DNA from: a virus
Length of the DNA stretch: 64,000 bases
Direction: 5' to 3' (one strand)
IMG/VR virus record: IMGVR_UViG_3300043409_002109
Span: 1 to 64,000 of that record
The translations under genes and the position numbers were made by a program. Of this stretch, positions 14,958 through 24,894 are shown piece after piece (the first letter of the stretch is position 1; every line of letters begins with the position of its first letter). The notes beneath the pieces were generated by a model that ran no database searches, was not told the DNA's origin, and saw nothing but the letters and a program-made list of their open reading frames with translations.

Positions 14958-16544
14958 ATGATTATCGCTGATCTGAACGAACAAGAGACTTACCAGAACC
15001 TCTCTCTAATAATCAATGAATTCGAGAAGGCCGCCCTTAAGTCTAGTAAGAGAGAGAGCCTCTTGGCGGTTATGAATGCACCTCTCGACGGTATGGACCA
15101 AGTTCTCCTTGGATCCAAGAAGACTCTTACTAAAGTTCAAGAGGTAAGGGGCGGTGCAAAACGGCAGAGAAAGGCTAGCGCTCCAGCTGAGTCTTATGGG
15201 ACAACGAGCGGAAGTCCCAGCAAGTCCAAGAACATGCGAGGCGTTGATGTTTCTACTGAGCCGTTCGAGGCGACAGTCACCGAGCAAAATCAAGATGGGC
15301 TAATCCCCCTACCCCCTACGCTGAAGCTGTCTGGAGGCGTTCAGCTCGATGCTGATCTTGCTGAGATCTTCGGTGAAAACGGCCAAGACGCTGATGCTAT
15401 CCGAGCCTACATGAAAGATTGTCTCGGTTGTGATTCCCGTATATCCTTTGACTGGCAAGTACCTGCTTATGACCTATTAGGGCCTATCTCTGATATGATA
15501 AGCGAGATCAATCTTGCCATGGATAAGATTGAAAGTCTGACTGATCCAACGAAGCTATTAGAAGGCTTCTGCAAAGCCATGAATGATTTCCAGATCATCT
15601 GTATCCCCGACTGGACCATGATCTTGATGTCATTGAAGATGCTTTTGAATAAATATCTTCAGTTCGGACTTTCTGTAACCCTAGACTGGACTATAGTGCT
15701 TGGGCCACTTCTCAATATCATCGTTGATGGAGTAGCTGCTCTCATCCAGCAAATAGCTGGAGTACTTTTCTCCCCTTTAGACTGCGCGATTTCCGTACTC
15801 GAAAGTTTAGAGAAGTTAGAAGATGCTGCTCGGGGTGCTGTATCTACCGCTGAGGCTCTAAGTAACGGTGCGGCAGACTACGCACAGGCTGCTGCTGCAG
15901 GCCAGTTCTTACCGAATGCTGAAGCCGAGTCCCTGACCCGAGACTTCACTGCTAAATATGCGAAGGATAAGAATACAGGTAAGGACAGTTCGGTGGTGAC
16001 AAGCGTTGGCAGTACTGTACGTAATTCAGATGATCCTCAGAATAAGAACGCCTGGGCTTCGGTTTGGGCAGGCTTAGAAGCGAGTACACAAAGTAAGACT
16101 CTTGTTGAGTCTGATAATGACTCCCTAACAGGGGTGCTAGTCGCTGCTGTGAAAGAAGCTAAGGAGTGGATTGAGCTTCAGGTGTCAAAGATACTTGCAA
16201 CAATTAAAAGCGTAAAAGGATTGGTTGGTGGCGGGCTTACCCTGCAGCTTCAAGGCTTAGGCATAATGACCTTGATCATACAACTTATTCGTGTTGTAAT
16301 GATGATTATCAACCTACTCCGCTCTGGTGTTCAGCCAGCAAACTGGTGTACGTATCTTGAGGAGCACCCAGAGATGTTAGAGGACGCCTTAAAAAAAGCT
16401 GTGGATCCGAATGCTTCTGTCCGCAGGAAGATCATCACTGTGAATGGCCGTTCCACTACGCTAGAGTCTTGCGTTTCTCAGAGAACGGATGTAGATAAAA
16501 CTGTTCTTACTCAATGGATTAACGATCTACAGAAGGGAAGGTAA
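14958..16544 (+). CDS. Hypothetical protein with long hydrophobic helices and scattered Cys
   Basis: 528-aa ORF abutting the portal gene; hydrophobic segments WTMILMSLKMLL..., LGIMTLIIQLIRVVMMII. Confidence 0.75.
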   Translation: MIIADLNEQETYQNLSLIINEFEKAALKSSKRESLLAVMNAPLDGMDQVLLGSKKTLTKVQEVRGGAKRQRKASAPAESYGTTSGSPSKSKNMRGVDVSTEPFEATVTEQNQDGLIPLPPTLKLSGGVQLDADLAEIFGENGQDADAIRAYMKDCLGCDSRISFDWQVPAYDLLGPISDMISEINLAMDKIESLTDPTKLLEGFCKAMNDFQIICIPDWTMILMSLKMLLNKYLQFGLSVTLDWTIVLGPLLNIIVDGVAALIQQIAGVLFSPLDCAISVLESLEKLEDAARGAVSTAEALSNGAADYAQAAAAGQFLPNAEAESLTRDFTAKYAKDKNTGKDSSVVTSVGSTVRNSDDPQNKNAWASVWAGLEASTQSKTLVESDNDSLTGVLVAAVKEAKEWIELQVSKILATIKSVKGLVGGGLTLQLQGLGIMTLIIQLIRVVMMIINLLRSGVQPANWCTYLEEHPEMLEDALKKAVDPNASVRRKIITVNGRSTTLESCVSQRTDVDKTVLTQWINDLQKGR

Positions 16545-18271
16545 TGCGCGCACAACTTATAGACATGGCCCTTGATAGACTTTCCACTAGGGACGCGAAG
16601 CCAACTCCTGCCCTTAAAGACCCAGTTTCTGTAAAAAGAGTTAGTGATAAGACTTACTCTTACGTTGAGAGGAATAGAGGGCAGTGGTCATACCCAGAGT
16701 ATGACTTTGATGAAATCCAGATAGCTCAAGATGCCGATGGATACATGAGCCGCTCTATTAACAAGAAGGTTAACAGAGTAATTGTCGCTGGTTGGGATCT
16801 AGTCGGGCAGAATGATGAGACAGTCGCCTACATTGAAAAGCGGTTTAATGAAATGGCTTGGGCGACCAACAGGCCCTTTGGACATTTAATCATTGCCATC
16901 TTCTATGATCTATTCCGTTTCAATAACCATGTATGGATAAAGGCGAGGAAGGAGAATGGAAACTCAGGAAGTGTAAGAGAAGACGCTGACGGCTTTGTGT
17001 GGAAGCCTATTGCTGGTTATTTCCCTGTCGCTTTTGAAACCCTCCAGTTTAAGAGTAAGCCCAACGGGGAGCTGAAGAAGGTGATGCAAAAGATGCCTTC
17101 TGGAGCATACAAGGAGTTCTTCCCCGAAGACATTGTGCATTTTCATACTAATAGAAAGCCGGGGTTCTCTGTTGGTACTCCAGAACTACTCCCCGCCCTA
17201 GATGACATCGCCCTCTTGCGCCGCGTAGAAGAGAACGTGGAGAGCCTTATAGAGGCCAGCCTATTCCCTATTTTCCATTATAAGGTAGGGTCTGATGCAT
17301 ATCCCGAACGCTATACCCCTGATGGAGTTAAAGAAACTGACCTCGTAAAGGCCACTGTAGAGTATATGCCCTCTGGAGGCATATACGTTTCCGATCATCG
17401 CCACGAGGTTAGCGTCATAGGGGCTGAGGGGCAAGCTCTTCGTATCGACTACTATATCCAGCATTTCAAGAGCCGGGTTTTTGCTTCGCTTGGTACCTCT
17501 GCCCTAGATATGGGTGAGGGCGATAGCGCCAACAAAAGTACAGCCAGTACCCTTTCTAAGGGTATGTTGATGGATATAGAGGCCGCGACTATCCAGGTTA
17601 AGCAGTTCTTGGAGTTCTTTGTTATCCAAGAGCTACTTCTCGAAGGCGGCTATGACCCTTTTGATCCGAAGAATCTGGTACGAATCCGATTTGGGGTTAT
17701 AGATAAGGACGAGCGAAGAGCAGATGAGAATCAGCAGATACAGCTATTCTTGAATAACCTGAGGACCATGGATGAGGTGCGTGCGTCTCTTGGAGACAAG
17801 CCATTCACGGATGAGATGCTAGAGCGCACTTGCTATAAGATGTTTACTGAGCCTACGGCCCTTGTTAAAGGTATGGCTGCGGGAAGCGCTGCTGGGGAGA
17901 CCCTAGCCAAGATGCCAGTCTCGAATATTGAGCCTGAGGCGCTAAACAAAGAAAAGGCATTTGCTAAAGCTCAACAAGCCGAAAAGAAAGCGAGTAATCA
18001 GCCAGTAGGGAAGCCCAAGACTAAGACGAATGGCACTACTGCGAACAGGAGTCGCCCTCAGAATCAGCGGGGGACTCGTAGCTCTCCGAAAACAAATCGA
18101 GATATTCAGTTCAAGGACGGCCAAGTAGTTTCAATTACTTGCGATATTAATACCTCTGATGTTAAGCTCGATGACTGGAAGGAGTATGTATACAATAAGT
18201 ATATAAACTCTGATAAAACGATATCTCTTGACACTATAGCTGAAGTCTCCTCTTGGAGACTTAAGGAATAA
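16544..18271 (+). CDS. Portal protein
   Basis: Position between TerL and the protease; portal-like EDIVHFH...GFSVGTP.L...LDDI; basic low-complexity C-terminal tail. Confidence 0.85.
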   Translation: MRAQLIDMALDRLSTRDAKPTPALKDPVSVKRVSDKTYSYVERNRGQWSYPEYDFDEIQIAQDADGYMSRSINKKVNRVIVAGWDLVGQNDETVAYIEKRFNEMAWATNRPFGHLIIAIFYDLFRFNNHVWIKARKENGNSGSVREDADGFVWKPIAGYFPVAFETLQFKSKPNGELKKVMQKMPSGAYKEFFPEDIVHFHTNRKPGFSVGTPELLPALDDIALLRRVEENVESLIEASLFPIFHYKVGSDAYPERYTPDGVKETDLVKATVEYMPSGGIYVSDHRHEVSVIGAEGQALRIDYYIQHFKSRVFASLGTSALDMGEGDSANKSTASTLSKGMLMDIEAATIQVKQFLEFFVIQELLLEGGYDPFDPKNLVRIRFGVIDKDERRADENQQIQLFLNNLRTMDEVRASLGDKPFTDEMLERTCYKMFTEPTALVKGMAAGSAAGETLAKMPVSNIEPEALNKEKAFAKAQQAEKKASNQPVGKPKTKTNGTTANRSRPQNQRGTRSSPKTNRDIQFKDGQVVSITCDINTSDVKLDDWKEYVYNKYINSDKTISLDTIAEVSSWRLKE

Positions 18272-19864
18272 ATGAGCTTACCCCTCTTCCAACTACACGA
18301 TATTATTGAAGTCAGCCCTGTAAAGGCGCTTGTTTCTTTACCTAAGTCTGACAAGTTGCGTTTTATGGATAAGATCTTAGATGCTAAGAGAGCAGACAAG
18401 CGCGGCCTTATTGTTGATTTCAACTTATCCTCTAGCGGCCGACGCATAAACAATCGCATCTATACGCCAGCCGGCCAGAGAGCGGGCTTGGATAGTTGGA
18501 TCAAGCCCTTTCCTAAGCCTATCATAAGAAACCATGACAGAAATGAAGACCCTATGGGCCGATTTGTTGATGTCTCTTATAATGAGATAGATAATCAGGC
18601 CCTGTCCTTCTTTAAGAATGCTAAAGACTTCATGGCACTTAAGGATGCGCTAGAGAGTGACGATCCAAGAAAGATCATTCGCGCTTTCAAGCAGACGAAG
18701 CTTCTTACCAACAAGAAGTGGCCGGGGGTTGGCGAATTACTTGCTAAGGCTCGTATTTCCGATGAGTCAGCTATCGAGAAGTTCCTCGATGGTCGCTATA
18801 TGACATTCTCAGCTGGCTCTAATACAGATCGCTATGTATGCAGCAAGTGCCTTTGTGACTGGGCCGGCGGCGAACATTGTGATCACCGCCCTGGAGAAGT
18901 TACTAGTGATGGCGATCTTGTCTTCTTCGTTACCGGTACGTTCTATGGCGAAGAGGGTTCTGTTTTAACAACCCCAGCCAACGACTACTCTTCTGTCAGA
19001 AGTCTCAACTTCGCTGACAGCTTAAACTACAATACTATACCCCAGTCAGATTGTCTGACTGATATATCTACTATTTACATAACTGATGGTGCTATTGATT
19101 TCTCTGATAAAGAAGATACAAATGACCATCTGGAGAATAAAATGGACCTCGCAAACATTGATGCATTAGTTGATGCTCTCTTACCTAAGCTTCTAGAGAA
19201 GCTTCAAGAAGCCGCAACGAGTGGTCAGGAAGTAAAGACTGCCGATGAAGCAGAAACTACTAACGTCGTCACCGATGCCGCCCCTGCCCTTTCCGTTGAT
19301 TGGACGCTCCTCGATAACGCTGTAGCCGAGCTTAAGGCTTCCCTAACAGATGTTAAGGTCGAAGTTATCAAAGAAGTGATAGTGAAGGACGAAGGAGAGA
19401 GTGAGCTTCTATCTGAAGTGGAAGTTAAGCTCACTGCGGCTCTTGCGGCCAAGGACTCTGCGGAAGCTAGCCTCCTACAGCTCCAGGATTCGGTAAAAGA
19501 TCACGCTGCCGCCCTTGCTCTAATAGATGAGCTTAAGGCTGAAGTTAGTGAATTAACAGAAAAACTTGACACAGCTACAACTTCGTTGCAGAATCGGGAT
19601 GAAGCCGACAAGTTACCACTTGACAAAGAGCGCGGAAGCGTTCAGAATCCTTCAGAGAGTGGTACACCATCTTTACAAGATAGTGGCTCAACTAAGCGCA
19701 ACAAGAACCTTGATGGTTTTGAGCAGAAAGTAGTTGAGAAATTCAAACAAATTCGTGATTCTAATGGAGATCCTGCTGCACAAATGTATGTGAAGAACTT
19801 ACAAGTACGCGGAATTCTTTCTAGAAAATTTAATATAGACTCGTACATTAAGGAGATAAACTAA
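18272..19864 (+). CDS. Prohead protease with C-terminal scaffold region
   Basis: INNRIY, PIIRNHD...PMGR, YMTFSAG, CSKC..CDHRPG, EGSVLTTPAN resemble phage maturation proteases; acidic coiled-coil C-terminal half. Confidence 0.75.
   Translation: MSLPLFQLHDIIEVSPVKALVSLPKSDKLRFMDKILDAKRADKRGLIVDFNLSSSGRRINNRIYTPAGQRAGLDSWIKPFPKPIIRNHDRNEDPMGRFVDVSYNEIDNQALSFFKNAKDFMALKDALESDDPRKIIRAFKQTKLLTNKKWPGVGELLAKARISDESAIEKFLDGRYMTFSAGSNTDRYVCSKCLCDWAGGEHCDHRPGEVTSDGDLVFFVTGTFYGEEGSVLTTPANDYSSVRSLNFADSLNYNTIPQSDCLTDISTIYITDGAIDFSDKEDTNDHLENKMDLANIDALVDALLPKLLEKLQEAATSGQEVKTADEAETTNVVTDAAPALSVDWTLLDNAVAELKASLTDVKVEVIKEVIVKDEGESELLSEVEVKLTAALAAKDSAEASLLQLQDSVKDHAAALALIDELKAEVSELTEKLDTATTSLQNRDEADKLPLDKERGSVQNPSESGTPSLQDSGSTKRNKNLDGFEQKVVEKFKQIRDSNGDPAAQMYVKNLQVRGILSRKFNIDSYIKEIN
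19142..19864 (+). CDS. Possible nested in-frame scaffold protein (240 aa, MDLANIDAL...)
   Basis: Internal GGAGAATAAA-ATG, nearly identical to the RBS-start of the 23827 gene; in frame with 18272. Confidence 0.5.
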   Translation: MDLANIDALVDALLPKLLEKLQEAATSGQEVKTADEAETTNVVTDAAPALSVDWTLLDNAVAELKASLTDVKVEVIKEVIVKDEGESELLSEVEVKLTAALAAKDSAEASLLQLQDSVKDHAAALALIDELKAEVSELTEKLDTATTSLQNRDEADKLPLDKERGSVQNPSESGTPSLQDSGSTKRNKNLDGFEQKVVEKFKQIRDSNGDPAAQMYVKNLQVRGILSRKFNIDSYIKEIN

Positions 19865-21288
19865 TGGCAGTTTCCCGTTTTTCAGCTAACTTCAGAACTC
19901 GCTCAGATGTTTTTGATAGCATTACCCCCAACGTCATCCGTCAGCGCGACATCAGTGCGCCTAACGGCGAGTGGAAGCCAGCGCCCTGGCTCCCCGTACA
20001 GTGGACATCAAGCAACCTCACCGCAGGTGAAGATGCTTTCGTTATTTCCAAGGGCAAAGTTGTAGCTCTTACACGGCAGGGCCATGTTGTCCCTGCCGGC
20101 TACCTCTTCTTCGCAACCCTAGTGGCTGCGACCTCTGATATCGCTATCACCTACACTGCTGACGACTACGAGTGGGGTGTCATGGACATCACCACTGGTG
20201 CTCGCTACGCAACGAACGGCACCACCACCTACACCGCCAAGGTAGTCGCCGAGGCTCTTCTTGAGCGCGGCCTCGTAACCGAGGATGAGGTAACTCAGGC
20301 TGTCGCTGACTACGGCATCGCTAGCTATAGCACTTCTGATATGCCAACTCGGGCTGGTGTAATGACGATCGCAGAAGTCCAGGGCACCTTTGCTGCCTTC
20401 ATCAGCAAGCCTGTTGGTATCTCCGCTGTAGACGTATACGTTTGGTCGGGCCGTCCAGAGGACGGCGACCAGTTCTACACCAACTATTCTAAGCAGCACC
20501 TCATTCAGTTCCTTACTGAAGCTCAGATGGTAGTTCCTCACCGTGCCGCAGACTCTACTAGCTCTGATGTCTTCACTGGCATCGAGTCTATTGTTCCAGA
20601 GACTGCAGACAACGCTGGCGACTTCCCTCGTGCTGGTGAAATCTGGGAAGCTGCTCAGCTTGCTCTTACCACCCGCTATGGCGCCCTTGGTGTCACTAGC
20701 TCAACTCCTGTTGTAGCTTTCTGCTTAGCAGAAGACAACGTGGCTGCAAACACCGATCGTACTCCCGTTACCTGCGATGTAGACGGCGTTCTCTCCAAAG
20801 AGAAAAGCGCTATCTCTCTTGTAACAAGCGAAGGCGACTGGTACCTCGATGCAGATGTGGGTGTCATAATTGTCCATGAAGACACTTATGCTACTCTCGT
20901 AGCCGCTACCAGCGATCCAACCTTCAGCTATTTCTTCTACGAAGAGGCTAGCGCAGTTACGGATGTCGCCAGTGCTCACCGCTACGTCCACTTCGATGGT
21001 CTTGCAGTTCCTGGTGATAAGCTCGGTGTTGACAAGCACAGTAACTTCGTGAAGTCTAACTCACTTTCCGATGTGCTCAATGGCGGCTCAGTCCTCGGCT
21101 GCGTGCTTTCGATTGAATCTCAGCCTCGCACCCTTCTCAATAAAGTCAAGACTGCTTACAACCTCAGTAACATGAGCGCTTCAGGCAAAATGCCTGGTAC
21201 AGCAACCAAGGGCTTTACTGACATGATCACCCTTTCGCAGGAAGATGTTGCTGATCGCTGTGCGGTCCTTCTCGTTCGTGCTGTCTAA
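19864..21288 (+). CDS. Abundant head protein (decoration/minor capsid-like)
   Basis: Between the protease and MCP; strong AAGGAG RBS; codon bias like the MCP gene. Confidence 0.6.
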   Translation: MAVSRFSANFRTRSDVFDSITPNVIRQRDISAPNGEWKPAPWLPVQWTSSNLTAGEDAFVISKGKVVALTRQGHVVPAGYLFFATLVAATSDIAITYTADDYEWGVMDITTGARYATNGTTTYTAKVVAEALLERGLVTEDEVTQAVADYGIASYSTSDMPTRAGVMTIAEVQGTFAAFISKPVGISAVDVYVWSGRPEDGDQFYTNYSKQHLIQFLTEAQMVVPHRAADSTSSDVFTGIESIVPETADNAGDFPRAGEIWEAAQLALTTRYGALGVTSSTPVVAFCLAEDNVAANTDRTPVTCDVDGVLSKEKSAISLVTSEGDWYLDADVGVIIVHEDTYATLVAATSDPTFSYFFYEEASAVTDVASAHRYVHFDGLAVPGDKLGVDKHSNFVKSNSLSDVLNGGSVLGCVLSIESQPRTLLNKVKTAYNLSNMSASGKMPGTATKGFTDMITLSQEDVADRCAVLLVRAV

Positions 21289-21307
21289 TTCCAAGGAGAC
21301 TTAATAT

Positions 21308-22609
21308 ATGAAACTAAAGCTTCGTGACGGCTCGGACTTCGAGCTTCCAACTAACGAGAAGCAGTCAGCTAGACTTCTAGCTGATGCCTTCCTCTCTAAC
21401 GGTAGAGTGCCCGGCGAGGACTCCCCCCTCGACTATGCAGATGTTATAAAGCATCTTCGCCCTATGAAGGATGCAGTCACCGCCTCTGAGATTCGGCCTC
21501 TTCTTCAGTCAGCAATGCAGATACTCCTCCGTGAGCCTGTTGAGCCCTTGATGATAATCCAGAACCTCTTTACCCGTGTTTCGGCACGCGGCCTAGAAGT
21601 GAATGTTCTCGCAGGTGCTATCGGCGCTGTAACTGCTGGTGATATCCCCGAGCATGGCACCTACCCTGAGGTAATGTTCCAGATCGGTGGCGCACTCCAG
21701 ACTGCTTATATCGGTAAGTCAGGCCTCGCGGCCAGCTTCACTGATGAAGCTCTCCGCTATTCCACCTGGGACATAATGTCCATCAACCTTCGTCTCATGC
21801 GTAACGCTCTTATGCGTCACAAAGAGCAGAAGGCCGTGGCATTCCTTCGCGAACTCGGTACCGAGCTATTCAACAACGCTTCTCCCAGCACCTCACTCTT
21901 CGGCGTGACGACTGGTCGTGGCCTTGATATGGCAGCCAACGGTACTGTAGTGATGGACGACCTTCTCAAAGGTCTAGCCCACATGGCAGAGGAAGGCTTC
22001 CAGCCCGACGTACTCCTAGTCAACCCTGTTCTGTTCCTCCAGTGGGCGCAGGATCCAATCATGTGTAACCTCTTTATGATGGGCGCTGGTCAGGGTTCTA
22101 TGTACTCCGGTTGGCAGGGCCAGCCCGGTCCCCTCGCTCCTTGGTCGAATGGTGCTATGGGCGGCCTCGGCCCAACCCTAGGCAACAGCGTAACCCCTTA
22201 CGGCAACGCCGGTGGCGATACTCCAACTGACCTTTCTGAGCGTGCCTTCGGTATGACCAGTGTGCCAGTAATGCCAGGGTACTTCCCATGGCCTCTACGT
22301 ATAGTGTCATCCCCCCTCGTTCCTTTCGATGAGACAGCCGGCCTTACCGACATGTTCCTTCTCGATAGCGCAAACGTAGGCTTCCTCCTGGTTGACGAAG
22401 AGTTAACCCAGGTTGAGTGGCGTGACGAGAACGTAGACGTAGTTAAAGTCAAACTCCGTGAGCGTTATGGCTTCGGTGTTGCGAACGAAGGTCAGTCTGT
22501 AGGCGTTATCAAGAACGTCAAGCTTGGCCGTAACTACTGGGATGGAACCATCAAGACTGTATCTAACGATGTAGCCGCTGAGATTCCTTCTACCACTGCC
22601 GTAGTCTAG
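21308..22609 (+). CDS. Major capsid protein (HK97-fold inferred)
   Basis: Position and size; DIPEHGTYPE, KSGLAASFTDEAL, PDVLLVNP, KLRERYGFGV motifs typical of large-phage MCPs; hairpin downstream. Confidence 0.88.
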   Translation: MKLKLRDGSDFELPTNEKQSARLLADAFLSNGRVPGEDSPLDYADVIKHLRPMKDAVTASEIRPLLQSAMQILLREPVEPLMIIQNLFTRVSARGLEVNVLAGAIGAVTAGDIPEHGTYPEVMFQIGGALQTAYIGKSGLAASFTDEALRYSTWDIMSINLRLMRNALMRHKEQKAVAFLRELGTELFNNASPSTSLFGVTTGRGLDMAANGTVVMDDLLKGLAHMAEEGFQPDVLLVNPVLFLQWAQDPIMCNLFMMGAGQGSMYSGWQGQPGPLAPWSNGAMGGLGPTLGNSVTPYGNAGGDTPTDLSERAFGMTSVPVMPGYFPWPLRIVSSPLVPFDETAGLTDMFLLDSANVGFLLVDEELTQVEWRDENVDVVKVKLRERYGFGVANEGQSVGVIKNVKLGRNYWDGTIKTVSNDVAAEIPSTTAVV

Positions 22610-22638
22610 AGTAGTAGTCCTCTTGTAGGATAAAGTCT

Positions 22639-22670
22639 GGGGGCCCCCTTGTGGGGCCCCCTACTTGTAT
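22639..22670 (+). terminator. Hairpin/terminator after MCP
   Basis: GGGGGCCCC-CTTGT-GGGGCCCCC followed by a weak T-rich tail. Confidence 0.6.
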
Positions 22671-22696
22671 TGTAGTATAAGAATTGTGGAGAACAA

Positions 22697-23818
22697 ATGG
22701 CAGTACCTACCCTCGTCTCTAATTATCCTTCAGATGGCGATACGGGCATTCCCGTTGGCGCTACTATTCTATGCTACTTCAGCGTAGGGGTCGATTTAGA
22801 ATCTATAAAGAACTCCATAGTTCTATTCGGAAGAGACTTTGACCAGACTTCTGGTCCAGACCAAAGTCTCTGGATTGATAACGATACCGGCAATAATAAG
22901 TATTGGCTTTCTTCTCCAGGATTCAAGGGGACTGTCCCTCTGAACTTTGAGTTAGTCTATTTTGATAATGCAGACCCAGACTTAGCTGTAGATGAGAATG
23001 CGGCGTATACGAGTCAGGCTGATGAGACGACAGATGGCTTTGGACATCTAGTAAGGATCACTCCGCAGACGGGCTCCTTAGCCCCGGAAACGGTATATAC
23101 TCTTTATGTTAATGCCGATACAGAAAGCAACAACCTGATTGGCGTGAGCGCCCGAACCGTATTCGATGTAGCTCCAGATGCGGGCAATACCGGCACTACC
23201 GGAAGTCTAAGTGTGTTTGGGACATGGGCTGGAACATCAGATGATGTTGTTAATGTTAAAATCACAACTGCCGGAGAGATCGGGGTTGCGAAATATAAGT
23301 GGTGGTATACCTCCTTAGGGGAGGGGTCAGCCACTACTGGGCGGCTTACGAGCCGTCGCTTCAGGAAGTTAGAGCATGGCCTTCAGATACGATTTACTGG
23401 GTCTGCTTTTGAAGATGACGACCTCTATACATTCAATGTGTATGCTACTGCTCGGCTAGCTACGAGCAGCTCGCTTAGCTTTACTACTAATGACGGTTCA
23501 TTCGAGACAGCTCCCGCGAGCCCCAGTACCCCTGCAGTAAGCTCTCCTCCTAGTACCGTGCTACCTTCGGTTAGTGACGCAGAAGCTGTTCTGTCCATTC
23601 TCAGCATGACTCCAGAGCATGGATCATACAACAACCCCAATAGCACTCGGGTTATTACTATTGTATTTGATGATGATATTGATGAGGATACCATCACAGA
23701 CGAAACAGTGAAGATATATGCCTACCCTGCGAGCGGGCACTATGGTGATACGACACCTGTTCGTGAACTAAGTAAAGAACTTATTGTCGAAGACGACACT
23801 CTTACCATCCGATTCTAG
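22697..23818 (+). CDS. Ig-like (SbsA/Big_5-type) domain structural protein
   Basis: Two motifs of the type ..P..G...(V/N)....I...F...(V/I)D.(E/D)(S/T)I, at the N- and C-termini. Confidence 0.65.
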   Translation: MAVPTLVSNYPSDGDTGIPVGATILCYFSVGVDLESIKNSIVLFGRDFDQTSGPDQSLWIDNDTGNNKYWLSSPGFKGTVPLNFELVYFDNADPDLAVDENAAYTSQADETTDGFGHLVRITPQTGSLAPETVYTLYVNADTESNNLIGVSARTVFDVAPDAGNTGTTGSLSVFGTWAGTSDDVVNVKITTAGEIGVAKYKWWYTSLGEGSATTGRLTSRRFRKLEHGLQIRFTGSAFEDDDLYTFNVYATARLATSSSLSFTTNDGSFETAPASPSTPAVSSPPSTVLPSVSDAEAVLSILSMTPEHGSYNNPNSTRVITIVFDDDIDEDTITDETVKIYAYPASGHYGDTTPVRELSKELIVEDDTLTIRF

Positions 23819-23826
23819 GAGAATAA

Positions 23827-24894
23827 ATGGCTACTTATACTAGACAGAGTGGAGTTCAGGCTGGAAAGGAAATTATCCTTTACGCGATATTCCTCGATGG
23901 CAGCGGCAACCTTATCGCGCCTGATGCGATCCCGGATGTTTATATCTATGACACGTCAGTAGACACAGAGACGATTCAAGATGAGATTGACTCTACTCTG
24001 TACACTAGCGCCGTAGATGGGCCCCTAACGCCTACCCTCCTATCTACGGGGTATTATAAATTAGAGTATATTCCTGCTGCTGGGAGTGATGCTGGAACCT
24101 GGCACGATGTTTGGGTAGCCGATATTCAGACAGTAGAAGCTACCGACATACTAAGTTTCAATGTGAGTATCACAACGAGTATTAGTGTTCAGCCTATTGG
24201 GAATAATACCATGATAATCATTGAGCTTGATTCTACGATAGCCAATGTCGGAGCTACTGCAACATTGGGTGAAGACACAAAGCTGTTCTTTACAACGACT
24301 TATTCCCCTCTCTACGCCTCTCCAGATCTAGTCAGAATGGAGGTGGGGAGGTGGATCGAGCATATACCAGATGACACCCTCGCTCTTATGATTCACTGGG
24401 CGAGTAAAGAGGCTGACTTTATTAATGGTGCTCAGGCGGCGCGTAGCTCTGATCTGAAGTTTGCTAAGACTAAATTCGTTATCTATGATTCGATTATCAA
24501 GTGCTTAATGATGCCTGGAGGAGGAGTCATTTCAGCTGCTGAGTCTACCAACGCAGGGAAGAAACAACTAGGGGATCTACTTATCCAAGGCGGTTCAGGG
24601 ACCGCCGCTGCAATAGATGAAGCTTCTCTGGCTTGGTTACAGGAGCAGAGGAGAGAGTGGTTCAGAGTAGTTAATGCGGGGGCTCTAATTGTCCCCGGAG
24701 GTTCATTCGCACCCACCTTCGCTATGAAAGGGAGATATGATCCAGACAGGCCTATGCAGGGCAGACTCTGGGAGAATCCTCGTGACGTGAATTACGCTGT
24801 ACCCACTGTTAATGGACGGGATACATCCTGGGCTCCAGATGGCCGTCGGCGCTATCGCGGTAGACTCGGATTCAGGGGGCGCAATGGGGGTTAG
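23827..24894 (+). CDS. Head completion/neck (adaptor-like) protein
   Basis: Position after the head genes; KKQLGDLLI motif as in neck proteins; strong RBS. Confidence 0.55.
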   Translation: MATYTRQSGVQAGKEIILYAIFLDGSGNLIAPDAIPDVYIYDTSVDTETIQDEIDSTLYTSAVDGPLTPTLLSTGYYKLEYIPAAGSDAGTWHDVWVADIQTVEATDILSFNVSITTSISVQPIGNNTMIIIELDSTIANVGATATLGEDTKLFFTTTYSPLYASPDLVRMEVGRWIEHIPDDTLALMIHWASKEADFINGAQAARSSDLKFAKTKFVIYDSIIKCLMMPGGGVISAAESTNAGKKQLGDLLIQGGSGTAAAIDEASLAWLQEQRREWFRVVNAGALIVPGGSFAPTFAMKGRYDPDRPMQGRLWENPRDVNYAVPTVNGRDTSWAPDGRRRYRGRLGFRGRNGG

